Source of the DNA: Camelus dromedarius
Taxonomy: Eukaryota
Assembly (NCBI RefSeq): GCF_036321535.1
Contig: NC_087436.1
Coordinates: 2,418,001-2,482,000 of the forward strand
DNA: 64,000 bases
Direction of reading: 5' to 3'
Shown here: positions 49,714 through 63,882 of the stretch, in pieces
Layout of the letters: each line of letters starts with the position of its first letter
Position numbering within the stretch: the first letter of the stretch is position 1
Made by a program: the position numbers and the translations under genes
Notes under the pieces: generated by a model
Database searches by the model: none
The model's input: only the letters and a program-made list of their open reading frames with translations
Told to the model about the DNA's origin: nothing

Positions 49714-52700
49714 GGTTGCAGTTGAAAATTTTACTCATTTTTCTCACTCTGTTTCCTAGTGCTGGTATGAAGTTCCTGCAGTTTTCACTGTAAAACCGAG
49801 TTGGAGCTAGTACCTCCCCATATATATGTATGGAGTGGAGTTTGCAACTGAAAAGAAACTTTGTGTTCCCAACAAGCTAGGTGAAGGACGGCTTTCACAC
49901 ACACTTATCTCTAGAACTGTGCATGTGGAGAGACGTTCGTTCATCTAGCACAAATGGAACGGGTTGCAGGAGAAACTTTTACTCATTTTTCTCAATCTGT
50001 TTCCTTGTGACGGTTTGAAGATCCTTCAGTTTTCACTGTAAAACCGAGTTGGAGCTAGTACCTCCCCATATATATGTATGGAGTGGAGTTTGCAACTGAA
50101 AAGAAACTTTGTGTTCCCAACAACCTATTTGAAGGACGGCTTTCACACACTCTTATCTCTTAGAACTGAGCATGTGGAGAGACTTTCGTTCATCTAGCAC
50201 AAAGGGAACGGGTTGCAGGAGAAACTTTTACTCTGTTTTCTCAGTCTGTTTCCTAGTGCCGGTTTGTAGTTCCTGCAGTTTTCACTGTAAATCCGATTTG
50301 GAGCTAGTACCTCCCCATATATATGTATGGAGTGGAGTTTGCAACTGAAAAGAAATTTTGTGTTCCCAACAATCTATGTGAAGGACGGCTTTCACACACA
50401 CTTATGTCTCAGAACTGAGCATGTGGAGAGACGTACCTTCATCTAGCACAAAGGGAACGGGTTGCAGGGAAACTTTTCATGTGGTGTCTCAGTCTGTTTC
50501 CTAGTGCTGGTTTGAAGTTCCTGCAGTTTTCACTGTAAAACCGAGTTGGAGCTAGAACAACCCCATATATATGTATGGAGTGGAGTTTGCAAATGAAAAG
50601 TAACATTGTGTTCCCAACAAGCTAGTTGAAGGACGGCTTTCACACACATTTTTCTCTCAGAAATGAGCATGTGGAGAGACGTTCGTTCATCTAGCACAAA
50701 TGGAACGGGTTGCAGGAGAAACTTTAACTCTGGTTTCGCAGTCTGTTTCCTAGTGCCGGTTTGAAGTTCCTGCAGTTTTCACTGTAAAACAGAGTTGGAG
50801 CTAGTACGTCCCCAAAAATATGTATGGAGTGGAGTTTGCAACTGAAAAAAACTTTGTGTTCCCAACAAGCTAGGTGAAGGACGGCTTTCACACACACTTA
50901 TCTCTGAGAACTGAGCATGTGGAGAGACGTTCGTTCATCTAGCACAAAGGGAACGTGTAGCAGGAGAAACTTTTACTCTGGTCTCTCAGTCTGTTTCCTA
51001 GTGCCGTTTTGAAGTTCCTGCAGTTTTCACTGTAAATCCGAGTTGGAGCTAGTACCACCCAATATATATGTATGGAGTGGAGTTTGCAACTGAAAAGAAA
51101 CTTTGTGTTCCCAACAAGCTAGGTGAAGGACGGCTTTCACACACATTTATCTCTCAGAACTTGGCAAGTGGAGAGACGTTCGTTCATCTTTACACAAAGG
51201 TAACGTGTTACAGGAGAAACTTTTACTCTGTTTTCTCATTCTGTTTCCTAGTGCCGGTTTGAAGTTCCTGCAGTTTTCACTGTAAAACCGATTTGGAACT
51301 AGTACCTCCCCATATATATGTAAGGAGTGAAGTTCGCAACTGAAAAGAAACTTTGTGTTCCCAACAAACTAGGTGAAGGACGGCTTTCACACACACTTTT
51401 CTCTCAGAACTGAGCATGTGGAGAGACGTTCGTTCATCTATCACAAAGGGAACGTGTTGCAGGAGAAACGTTTACTCTGGTTTCTCAGTCTGTTTCCTAG
51501 TGCCGGTTTGAAGATCCTGCAGTTTTCACTGTAAAACCGAGTTGGAGCTAGTACCTCCCCTTATATATGTATGGACTGGAATTTGCAAATGAAAAGAAAC
51601 TTTGTGTTCCCAACAAGCTAGGTGAAGGACGGCTTTCACACACACTTATCTCTCAGAACTGAGCATGTGGAGAGACGTTCGTTCATCTAGCACAAAGGGA
51701 ACGGGTTGTATTAGAAAATTTTACTCTGGTTTCTCCGTCTGTTTCCTAGTGCCGGTTTGAAGTTCCTGCAGTTTTCACTGTAAAACCGAGTTGGAGCTAG
51801 TACCTCCCCATATATATGTATGGAGTGGTGTTTGCAACTGAAAAGAAACTTTGTGTTCCCAACAAGCTAGGTGAAGGACGGCTTTCACACACACTTATCT
51901 TTAGAACTGAGCATGTGGAGAGACGTTCGTTCATCTAGCACAAATGGAACGGGTTGCAGGAGAAACTTTTACTCATTTTTCTCAATCTGTTTCCTAGTGA
52001 CGGTTTGAAGATCCTGCATTTTTCACTGTAAAACCGAGTTGGAGCTAGTACCTCCCCATATATATGTATGGAGTGGAGTTTGCAACTGAAAAGAAACTTT
52101 GTGTTCCCAACAAGCTAGGTGAAGGACGGCTTTCACACACTCTTATCTCTTAGAACTGAGCATGTGGAGAGACTTTCGTTCATCTAGCAAAAAGGGAACG
52201 GGTTGCAGGAGAAACTTTTACTCTGTTTTCTCAGTCTGTTTCCTAGTGCCGGTTTGTAGTTCCTGCAGTTTTAACTGTAAATCCGATTTGGAGCTAGTAC
52301 CTCCCCATATATATGTATGGAGTGGAGTTTGCAACTGAAAAGAAATTTTGTGTTCCCAACAAGCTAGGTGAAGGACGGCTTTCACACACATTTTTCTCTC
52401 AGAACTGAGCATGTGGAGAGACGTTCGTTCATCTAGCACAAATGGAACGGGTTGCAGGAGAAACTTTAACTCTGGTTTCGCAGTCTTTTTCCTAGTGCCG
52501 GTTTGAAGTTCCTGCAGTTTTCACTGTAAAACCGACTTGGAGCTAGTACGTCCCCAAAAATATGTATGGAGTGGAGTTTGCAACTGAAAAAACTTTGTGT
52601 TCCCAACAAGCTAGGTGAAGGACGGCTTTCACACACACTTATCTCTGAGAACTGAGCATGTGGAGAGACGTTCGTTCATCTAGCACAAAGGGAACGTGTT

Positions 52701-55700
52701 GCAGGAGAAACTTTTACTCTGGTCTCTCAGTCTGTTTCCTAGTGCCGTTTTGAAGTTCCTGCAGTTTTCACTGTAAAAAAGAGTTGGAGCTAGTACCTCC
52801 CCATATATATGTATGGAGTGGTGTTTGCAACTGAAAAGAAACTTTGTGTTACCAACTAGCTAGGTGAAGGACGGTTTTCACACACACTTATCTCTAGAAC
52901 TGAGCATGTGGAGAGACGTTCGTTCATCTAGCACAAAGGGAACGGTTTGCAGGAGAAACTTTTACTCATTTTTCTCAATCTGTTTCCTAGTGACGGTTTG
53001 AAGTTCCTGCAGTTTTCACTGTAAAACCGAGTTGGAGCTAGTACCACCCAATATATATGTATGGAGTGGAGTTTGCAACTGAAAAGAAACTTTGTGTTCC
53101 CAACAAGCTAGGTGAAGGACGGCTTTCACACACACTTATCTCTCAGAACTGAGCATGTGGAGAGACGTTAGTTCATCTAGCACAAAGGGAACGGGTTGCA
53201 GGGGAAACTTTTACTCATTTTTCTCACTCTGTTTCCTAGTGCCGGTTTGAAGTTCCTGCAGTTTTCACTGTAAAACCGAGTTGGAGCTAGTACCTCCCCA
53301 TATATATGTATGGAGTGGAGTTTGCAACTGAAAAGAAACTTTGTGTTCCCAACAAGCTAGGTGAAGGACGGCTTTCCCACACACTTATCTCTCAGATCTG
53401 AGCATGTGGAGAGACTTTCGTTCATCTAGCACAAAGGGAACGGTTTTTAGGAGAAACTTTTACTCTGGTTTCTCAGTCTGTTTCCTAGTGCCGGTTTGAA
53501 GTTCCTGCAGTTTTCACTGTAAAACCGAGTTGGAGCTAGTACCTCCCTATATATATGTATGGAGTGGAGTTTACAACTGAAAAGAAACTTTGTGTTCCCA
53601 ACAAGCTAGGTGAAGGACGGCTTTCACCCACAATTATCTCTCAGAACTGGGCATGTGGAGAAACGTTCGTTCATCTAGCACAAAAGGAACGGGTTGCAGG
53701 GGAAACTTTTTCTCTGGCCTCTCAGTCTGTTTCCTAGTGCCGGTTTGAAGTTCCTGCAGTTTTCACTGTAAAACCGAGTTGGAGCTAGTACCACCCCATA
53801 TATATGTATGGAGTGGAGTTTGCAACTGAAAAGAAACTTTGTGTTGCCAACAAGCTAGGTGAAGGACGGCTTTCACACACACTTATCTCTCAGAACTGAG
53901 CATGTGGAGAGACGTTCGTTCATCTAGCACAAATGGAAATGGTTGCAGTTGAAAATTTTACTCATTTTTCTCACTCTGTTTCCTAGTGCTGGTATGAAGT
54001 TCCTGCAGTTTTCACTGTAAAACCGAGTTGGAGCTAGTACCTCCCCATATATATGTATGGAGTGGAGTTTGCAACTGAAAAGAAACTTTGTGTTCCCAAC
54101 AAGCTAGGTGAAGGACGGCTTTCACACACACTTATCTGTAGAACTGTGCATGTGGAGAGACGTTCGTTCATCTAGCACAAATGGAACGGGTTGCAGGAGA
54201 AACTTTTACTCATTTTTCTCAATCTGTTTCCTAGTGACGGTTTGAAGATCCTGCAGTTTTCACTGTAAAACCGAGTTGGAGCTAGTACCTCCCCATATAT
54301 ATGTATGGAGTGGAGTTTGCAACTGAAAAGAAACTTTGTGTTCCCAACAACCTATTTGAAGGACGGCTTTCACACACTCTTATCTCTTAGAACTGAGCAT
54401 GTGGAGAGACTTTCGTTCATCTAGCACAAAAGGAACGAGTTGCAGGAGAAACTTTTACTCTGTTTTCTCAGTCTGTTTCCTAGTGCCGGTTTGTAGTTCC
54501 TGCAGTTTTCACTGTAAATCCGATTTGGAGCTAGTACCTCCCCATATATATGTATGGAGTGGAGTTTGCAACTGAAAAGAAATTTTGTGTTCCCAACAAT
54601 CTATGTGAAGGACGGCTTTCACACACACTTATCTCTCAGAACTGAGCATTGGAGAGACGTACCTTCATCTAGCACAAAGGGAACGGGTTGCAGGGAAACT
54701 TTTAATGTGGTGTCTCAGTCTGTTTCCTAGTGCCGGTTTGAAGTTCCTGCAGTTTTCACTGTAAAACCGAGTTGGAGCTAGAACAACCCCATATATATGT
54801 ATGGAGTGGAGTTTGCAACTGAAAAGTAACATTGTGTTCCCAACAAGCTAGTTGAAGGACGGCTTTCACACACATTTTTCTCTCAGAACTGAGCATGTGG
54901 AGAGACGTTCGTTCATCTAGCACAAATGGAACGGGTTGCAGGAGAAACTTTAACTCTGGTTTCGCAGTCTGTTTCCTAGTGCCGGTTTGAAGTTCCTGCA
55001 GTTTTCACTGTAAAACAGAGTTGGAGCTAGTACGTCCCCAAAAATATGTATGGAGTGGAGTTTGCAACTGAAAAAAACTTTGTGTTCCCAACAAGCTAGG
55101 TGAAGGACGGCTTTCACACACACTTATCTCTGAGAACTGAGCATGTGGAGAGACGTTCGTTCATCTAGCACAAAGGGAACGTGTTGCAGGAGAAACTTTT
55201 ACTCTGGTCTCTCAGTCTGTTTCCTAGTGCCGTTTTGAAGTTCCTGCAGTTTTCACTGTAAATCCGAGTTGGAGCTAGTACCACCCAATATATATGTATG
55301 GAGTGGAGTTTGCAACTGAAAAGAAACTTTGTGTTCCCAACAAGCTAGTTGAAGGACGGCTTTCACACACATTTATCTCTCAGAACTTGGCAAGTGGAGA
55401 GACGTTCGTTCATCTTTACACAAAGGTAAAGTGTTACAGGAGAAACTTTTACTCTGTTTTCTCAGTCTGTTTCCTAGTGCCGGTTTGAAGTTCCTGCAGT
55501 TTTCACTGTAAAACCGATTTGGAACTAGTACCTCCCCATATATATGTATGGAGTGAAGTTCGCAACTGAAAAGAAACTTTGTGTTCCCAACAAACTAGGT
55601 GAAGGACGGCTTTCACACACACATTTCTCTCAGAACTGAGCATGTTTAGAGACGTTCGTTCATCTATCACAAAGGGAACGTGTTGCAGGAGAAACGTTTA

Positions 55701-55960
55701 CTCTGGTTTCTCAGTCTGTTTCCTAGTGCCGTTTTGAAGTTCCTGCAGTTTTCACTGTAAAACCGAGTTGGAGCTAGTACCTCCCCTTATATATGTATGG
55801 ACTGGAATTTGCAAATGAAAAGAAACTTTGTGTTCCCAACAAGCTAGGTGAAGGACGGCTTTCACACACACTTATCTCTCAGAACTGAGCATGTGGAGAG
55901 ACGTTCGTTCATCTAGCACAAAGGGAACGGGTTGTATTAGAAAATTTTACTCTGGTTTCT
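49714..55960. repeat. ~8-monomer block (~49714-51735) repeated 17 monomers downstream (~53941-55960; offset ~4226 bp)
   Basis: Similar ORFs at 51068 and 55294. Shared variants GCAGTTGAAAATT, AACCTATTTG, ACGTACCTTC, CTAGAACAACCC and GGTTGTATTAG. Confidence 0.85.
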
Positions 55961-58825
55961 CAGTCTGTTTCCTAGTGCCGGTTTGAAGTTTCTGTAGCTT
56001 TCACTGTAAAAACGAGTTGGAGCTAGTACCTCCCCATAAATATGTATGGATTGGAGTTTGCAACTGAAAAGAAACTTTGTGTTCCCAACAAGCTAGGTGA
56101 AGGACGGCTTTCACTCACACTTATCTCTCAGAACTGAGCATTTGGAGAGACGTTCGTTCATCTAGCACAAATGGAACGGGTTGCAGGAGAAACTTTTACT
56201 CTGGTTTCTCAGTCTGTTTCCTAGTGCCGGTTTGAAGTTCCTGCAGTTTTCACTGTAAAACCGAGTTGGTGCTAGTACATCCCCATATATATTTATGGAG
56301 TGGAGTTTGCAACTGAAAAGAAACTTTGTGTTCCCAACAAGCTAGGTGAAGGACGGCTTTCACACACACTTATCTCTCAGAACTGAGCATGTGGAGAGAC
56401 GTTCGTTCATCTAGCAGAAAGGGAACGGGTTGCAGTAGAAAATTTTACTCATTTTTCTCACTCTGTTTCCTAGTGCCGGTTTGAAATTCCTGCAGTTTTC
56501 ACTGTAAAACAGATTTGGAGCTAGTACCTCCCCATATATATGTATGGAGTGGAGTTTGCAACTGAAAAGAAACTTTGTTTTCCCAACAAGCTAGGTGAAG
56601 GACGGCTTTCACACACACATATCTCTCAGAACTGAGCTTGTGGAGAGATGTTCGTTCATCTAGCACAAATGGAACTGGTTGCAGGAGAAACTTTTCCTCA
56701 TTTTTCTCAATCTGTTTCCTAGTGCCGGTTTGAAGTTCCTGCAGTTTTCACTTTAAAACCGAGTTGGAGCTAGTACCTACCCATAAATATGTATGGAGTG
56801 GAGTTTGCAACTGTAAAGAAACTTTGTGTTCCCAACAAGCTAGGTGAAGGACGGCTTTCACACACATTTATCTCTGAGAACTGAGCATGTGGAGAGACGT
56901 TCGTTCATCTAGCACAATGGGAAGTTGTTGCAGGAGAAACTTTTACTCTGGTTTCTCAGTCTGTTTCCTATTGCCGTGTTGAAGTTCCTGCAGTTTTCAC
57001 TGTAAAACCAAGTTGGAGCTAGTACCTCCCCATATATATGTATGGAGTGGAGTTTGCAACTGAAAAGAAACTTTGTGTTCCCAACAAGCTAGATGAAGGA
57101 CGGCTTTCACACACACTTATCTCTCAGAACTGAGCATTTGGAGAGACGTTCGTTCATCTAGCACAAATGGAACGGGTTGCAGGAGAAACTTTTACTCTGG
57201 TTTCTCAGTCTGTTTCCTAGTGCCGGTTTGAAGTTCCTGCAGTTTTCACTGTAAAACCGAGTTGGAGCTAGTACCTCCCCATATATATGTATGGAGTGGA
57301 GTTTGCAACTTAAAAGAATCTTTGTGTTCCCAACAAGCTAGGTGAAGGACGGCTTTCACACACACTTATCTCTCAGAACTGAGCATGTGGAGAGACGTTC
57401 GTTCATCTAGCACAAAGGGAACTGGTTGCAGTAGAAAATTTTACTCATTTTTCTCACTCTGTTTCCTAGTGCTGGTATGAAGTTCCCGCAGTTTTCACTG
57501 TAAAACCGAGTTGGAGCTAGTACCTCCCCTTATATATGTATGGACTGGAATTTGCAAATGAAAAGAAACTTTGTGTTCCCAACAAGCTAGGTGAAGGACG
57601 GCTTTCACACACACTTATCTCTCAGAACTGAGCATGTGGAGAGACGTTCGTTCATCTAGCACAAAGGGAACGGGTTGTATTAGAAAATTTTATTCTGGTT
57701 TCTCCGTCTGTTTCCTAGTGCCGGTTTGAAGTTTCTGTAGCTTTCACTGTAAAAACGAGTTGGAGCTAGTACCTCCCCATAAATATGTATGGATTGGAGT
57801 TTGCAACTGAAAAGAAACTTTGTGTTCCCAACAAGCTAGGTGAAGGACGGCTTTCACTCACACTTATCTCTCAGAACTGAGCATTTGGAGAGACGTTCGT
57901 TCATCTAGCCAAATGGAACGGGTTGCAGGAGAAACTTTTACTCTGGTTTCTCAGTCTGTTTCCTAGTGCCGGTTTGAAGTTCCTGCAGTTTTCACTGTAA
58001 AACCGAGTTGGTGCTAGTACATCCCCATATATATTTATGGAGTGGAGTTTGCAACTGAAAAGAAACTTTGTGTTCCCAACAAGCTAGGTGAAGGACGGCT
58101 TTCACACACACTTATCTCTCAGAACTGAGCATGTGGAGAGACGTTCGTTCATCTAGCAGAAAGGGAACGGGTTGCAGTAGAAAATTTTACTCATTTTTCT
58201 CACTCTGTTTCCTAGTGCCGGTTTGAAATTCCTGCAGTTTTCACTGTAAAACAGATTTGGAGCTAGTACCTCCCCATATATATGTATGGAGTGGAGTTTG
58301 CAACTGAAAAGAAACTTTGTTTTCCCAACAAGCTAGGTGAAGGACGGCTTTCACACACACTTATCTCTCAGAAGTGAGCTTGTGGAGAGATGTTCGTTCA
58401 TCTAGCACAAATGGAACTGGTTGCAGGAGAAACTTTTCCTCATTTTTCTCAATCTGTTTCCTAGTGCCGGTTTGAAGTTCCTGCAGTTTTCACTGTAAAA
58501 CCGAGTTGGAGCTAGTACCTACCCATAAATATGTATGGAGTGGAGTTTGCAACTGTAAAGAAACTTTGTGTTCCCAACAAGCTAGGTGAAGGACGGCTTT
58601 CACACACATTTATCTCTGAGAACTGAGCATGTGGAGAGACGTTCGTTCATCTAGCACAATGGGAAGTTGTTGCAGGAGAAACTTTTACTCTGGTTTCTCA
58701 GTCTGTTTCCTATTGCCGGGTTGAAGTTCCTGCAGTTTTCACTGTAAAACCAAGTTGGAGCTAGTACCTCCCCATATATATGTATGGAGTGGAGTTTGCA
58801 ACTGAAAAGAAACTTTGTGTTCCCA
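55750..58825. repeat. Duplication at 7-monomer spacing (offset ~1743 bp)
   Basis: The variants CCCCTTATATATGTATGGACTGGAATT, TTTCTGTAGCTTTC, TTGGTGCTAG, GAGCTTGTGGAGAGATG and GGAAGTTGTTG occur in the same order from ~55780 and from ~57525. Confidence 0.82.
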
Positions 58826-61800
58826 ACAACCTATTTGAAGGACGGCTTTCACACACTCTTATCTCTTAGAACTGAGCATGTGGAGAGACTTTCGTTCATC
58901 TAGCACAAAGGGAACGGGTTGCAGGAGAAACTTTTACTCTGTTTTCTCAGTCTGTTTCCTAGTGCCGGTTTGTAGTTCCTGCAGTTTTAACTGTAAATCT
59001 GATTTGGAGCTAGTACCTCCCCATATATATGTATGGAGTGGAGTTTGCAACTGAAAAGAAATTTTGTGTTCCCAACAAGCTAGGTGAAGGACGGCTTTCA
59101 CACACATTTTTCTCTCAGAACTGAGCATGTGGAGAGACGTTCGTTCATCTAGCACAAATGGAACGGGTTGCAGGAGAAACTTTAACTCTGGTTTCGCAGT
59201 CTGTTTCCTAGTGCCGGTTTGAAGTTCCTGCAGTTTTCACTGTAAAACCGAGTTGGAGCTAGTACGTCCCCAAAAATATGTATGGAGTGGAGTTTGCAAC
59301 TGAAAAAACTTTGTGTTCCCAACAAGCTAGGTGAAGGACGGCTTTCACACACACTTATCTCTGAGAACTGATCATGTGGAGAGACGTTCGTTCATCTAGC
59401 ACAAAGGGAACGTGTTGCAGGAGAAACTTTTACTCTGGTCTCTCAGTCTGTTTCCTAGTGCCGTTTTGAAGTTCCTGCAGTTTTCACTGTAAAAAAGAGT
59501 TGGAGCTAGTACCTCCCCATATATATGTATGGAGTGGAGTTTGCAACTGAAAAGAAACTTTGTGTTACCAACTAGCTAGGTGAAGGACGGATTTCACACA
59601 CACTTATCTCTAGAACTGAGCATGTGGAGAGACGTTCGTTCATCTAGCACAAAGGGAACGGTTTGCAGGAGAAACTTTTACTCATTTTTCTCAATCTGTT
59701 TCCTAGTGACGGTTTGAAGTTCCTGCAGTTTTCACTGTAAAACCGAGTTGGAGCTAGTACCACCCAATATATATGTATGGATTGGAGTTTGCAACTGAAA
59801 AGAAACTTTGTGTTCCCAACAAGCTAGGTGAAGGACGGCTTTCACACACACTTATCTCTCAGAACTGAGCATGTGGAGAGACGTTAGTTCATCTAGCACA
59901 AAGGGAACGGGTTGCAGGGGAAACTTTTACTCATTTTTCTCACTCTGTTTCCTAGTGCCGGTTTGAAGTTCCTGCAGTTTTCACTGTAAAACCGAGTTGG
60001 AGCTAGTACCTCCCCATATATATGTATGGAGTGGAGTTTGCAACTGAAAAGCAACTTTGTGTTCCCAACAAGCTAGGTGAAGGACGGCTTTCCCACACAC
60101 TTATCTCTCAGATCTGAGCATGTGGAGAGACTTTCGTTCATCTAGCACAAAGGGAACGGTTTTTAGGAGAAACTTTTACTCTGGTTTCTCAGTCTGTTTC
60201 CTAGTGCCGGTTTGAAGTTCCTGCAGTTTTCACTGTAAAACCGAGTTGGAGCTAGTACCTCCCCATAAATATGTATGGAGTGGAGTTTGCAACTGAAAAG
60301 AAACTTTGTGTTCTCAACAAGCTAGGTGAAGGACGGCTTTCACACACACTTATCTCTCAGAACTGAGCATGTGGAGAGACGTTCGTTCATTTAGCACAAA
60401 GGGAACGGATTGCAGGAGAAACTATTACTCTGTTTTCTCAGTCCGTTTCCTAGTGCCGGTTTGAAGTTCCTTCAGTTTTCACTGTAAAGCCGAATTGGAG
60501 CTAGTACCTCCCCATATATATGTATGGAGTGGAGTTTGCAACTGAAAAGAAACTTTGTGTTCCCAACAAGCTAGGTGAAGGACGGCTTTCACACACACTT
60601 ACCTCTCAGAACTGAGCATGTGGAGAGACGTTCGTTCATCTAGCACAAAGGAACGGTTTGAAGGTTAAACTTTTACTCATTTTTCTCACTCCGTTTACTA
60701 GTGCCGGTTTGAAGTTCCTGCAGTTTTCACTGTAAAACCGAGTTGGATCTAGTACCTCCCCATAAATATGTATGGAGTCGGGTTTGCAACTGAAAACAAA
60801 CTTTGTGTTCCCAACAAGCTATGTGAAGGACGGCTTTCCCACACACTTATCTCTCAGAACTGAGCATGTGGAGAGACGTTCGTTCATCTAGCACAAAGGG
60901 AACGGGTTGCAGGAGAAACTATTTCTCTGTATTTTCAGTCTGTTTCCTAGTGCCGGTTTGAAGTTCCTGCAGTTTTCACTGTAAAACCGAGTTGGAGCTT
61001 GTACCTCCCCATAAATATGTATGGAGTGGAGTTTGCAACTGAAAAGAAACTTTGTGTTCCCTACAAGGTAGTTGAAGGACGGCTTTCACACAGACTTATC
61101 TCTGAGAACTGAGCATGTGGAGAGACGTTCGTTCATCTAGCACAAAGGGAACGTGTTGCAGGAGAAACTTATACTCTGGTTTCTCAGTCTGTTTCGGAGT
61201 GCCGGTTTGAATTTCCTGCAGTTTTCACTGTAAAACCGATATGGAGCTAGTACCTCCCTATATATATGTATGGAGTGGAGTTTGCAACTGAAAAGAAACT
61301 TTGTGTTCCCAACAAGCTAGGTGAAGGACGGCTTTCACACACACTTATCTCTCAGAACTGAGCATTTGGAGAGACGTTCGTTCATCTAGCACAAATGGAA
61401 CGGGTTGCAGGAGAAACTTTTACTCTGGTTTCTCAGTCTGTTTCCTAGTGCCGGTTTGAAGTTCCTGCAGTTTTCACTGTAAAACCGAGTTGGAGCTAGT
61501 ACCTCCCCATATATATGTATGGAGTGGAGTTTGCAACTTAAAAGAATCTTTGTGTTCCCAACAAGCTAGGTGAAGGACGGCTTTCACACACACTTATCTC
61601 TCAGAACTGAGCATGTGGAGAGACGTTCGTTCATCTAGCACAAAGGGAACTGGTTGCAGTAGAAAATTTTACTCATTTTTCTCACTCTGTTTCCTAGTGC
61701 TGGAATGAAGTTCCCGCAGTTTTCACTGTAAAACCGAGTTGGAGCTAGTACCTCCCCATATATATGTATGGAGTGGAGTTTGCAACTGAAAAGAAACTTT

Positions 61801-63882
61801 GTGTTCCCAACAAGCTAGGTGAAGGACGGCTTTCACACACACTTATCTTTAGAACTGAGCATGTGGAGAGACGTTCGTTCATCTAGCACAAATGGAACGG
61901 GTTGCAGGAGAAACTTTTACTCATTTTTCTCAATCTGTTTCCTAGTGACGGTTTGAAGATCCTGCATTTTTCACTGTAAAACCGAGTTGGAGCTAGTACC
62001 TCCCCATATATATGTATGGAGTGGAGTTTGCAACTGAAAAGAAACTTTGTGTTCCCAACAACCTATTTGAAGGACGGCTTTCACACACTCTTATCTCTTA
62101 GAACTGAGCATGTGGAGAGACTTTCGTTCATCTAGCACAAAGGGAACGGGTTGCAGGAGAAACTTTTACTCTGTTTTCTCAGTCTGTTTCCTAGTGCCGG
62201 TTTGTAGTTCCTGCAGTTTTAACTGTAAATCCGATTTGGAGCTAGTACCTCCCCATATATATGTATGGAGTGAAGTTTGCAACTGAAAAGAAATTTTGTG
62301 TTCCCAACAAGCTAGGTGAAGGACGGCTTTCACACACATTTTTCTCTCAGAACTGAGCATGTGGAGAGACGTTCGTTCATCTAGCACAAATGGAACGGGT
62401 TGCAGGAGAAACTTTAACTCTGGTTTCGCAGTCTGTTTCCTAGTGCCGGTTTGAAGTTCCTGCAGTTTTCACTGTAAAACCGAGTTGGAGCTAGTACGTC
62501 CCCAAAAATATGTATGGAGTGGAGTTTGCAACTGAAAAAACTTTGTGTTCCCAACAAGCTAGGTGAAGGACGGCTTTCACACACACTTATCTCTGAGAAC
62601 TGAGCATGTGGAGAGACGTTCGTTCATCTAGCACAAAGGGAACGTGTTGCAGGAGAAACTTTTACTCTGGTCTCTCAGTCTGTTTCCTAGTGCCGTTTTG
62701 AAGTTCCTGCAGTTTTCACTGTAAAAAAGAGTTGGAGCTAGTACCTCCCCATATATATGTATGGAGTGGAGTTTGCAACTGAAAAGAAACTTTGTGTTAC
62801 CAACTAGCTAGGTGAAGGACGGATTTCACACACACTTATCTCTAGAACTGAGCATGTGGAGAGACGTTCGTTCATCTAGCACAAAGGGAACGGTTTGCAG
62901 GAGAAACTTTTACTCATTTTTCTCAATCTGTTTCCTAGTGACGGTTTGAAGTTCCTGCAGTTTTCACTGTAAAACCGAGTTGGAGCTAGTACCACCCAAT
63001 ATATATGTATGGAGTGGAGTTTGCAACTGAAAAGAAACTTTGTGTTCCCAACAAGCTAGGTGAAGGACGGCTTTCACACACACTTATCTCTCAGAACTGA
63101 GCATGTGGAGAGACGTTAGTTCATCTAGCACAAAGGGAACGGGTTGCAGGGGAAACTTTTACTCATTTTTCTCACTCTGTTTCCTAGTGCCGGTTTGAAG
63201 TTCCTGCAGTTTTCACTGTAAAACCGAGTTGGAGCTAGTACCTCCCCATATATATGTATGGATTGGAGTTTGCAACTGAAAAGCAACTTTGTGTTCCCAA
63301 CAAGCTAGGTGAAGGACGGCTTTCCCACACACTTATCTCTCAGATCTGAGCATGTGGAGAGACTTTCGTTCATCTAGCACAAAGGGAACGGTTTTTAGGA
63401 GAAACTTTTACTCTGGTTTCTCAGTCTGTTTCCTAGTGCCGGTTTGAAGTTCCTGCAGTTTTCACTGTAAAACCGAGTTGGAGCTAGTACCTCCCCATAA
63501 ATATGTATGGAGTGGAGTTTGCAACTGAAAAGGAACTTTGTGTTCTCAACAAGCTAGGTGAAGGACGGCTTTCACACACAATTATCTCTCAGAACTGAGC
63601 ATGTGGAGAGACGTTCGTTCATTTAGCACAAAGGGAACGGATTGCAGGAGAAACTATTACTCTGTTTTCTCAGTCCGTTTCCTAGTGCCGGTTTGAAGTT
63701 CCTTCAGTTTTCACTGTAAAGCCGAATTGGAGCTAGTACCTCCCCATATATATGTATGGAGTGGAGTTTGCAACTGAAAAGAAACTTTGTGTTCCCAACA
63801 AGCTAGGTGAAGGACGGCTTTCACACACACTTACCTCTCAGAACTGAGCATGTGGAGAGACGTTCGTTCATCTAGCACAAAG
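58753..63882. repeat. Duplication at 13-monomer spacing (offset 3232 bp); ~58753-60650 repeated at ~61985-63882, with an earlier related copy at ~52170-53545
   Basis: ORFs at 52218, 58934 and 62166. Shared variants GGTTTCGCAG, CGTCCCCAAAAAT, TTACCAACTAGC, ACGTTAGTTC and GGTTTTTAGG. AAGCAACTTT occurs only in the last two copies. Confidence 0.87.

Noticed and set aside
530..62387. Dozens of 60-121 aa ORFs on both strands (MCVKAVLHLA..., MELVPPH... etc.)
   Set aside because: All are translations of the same satellite monomer. Frames switch through 1-bp indels and stops appear freely between copies. Many start at GTG within the CA tract, and no recognisable domain is present. They were useful only as markers of duplication offsets.
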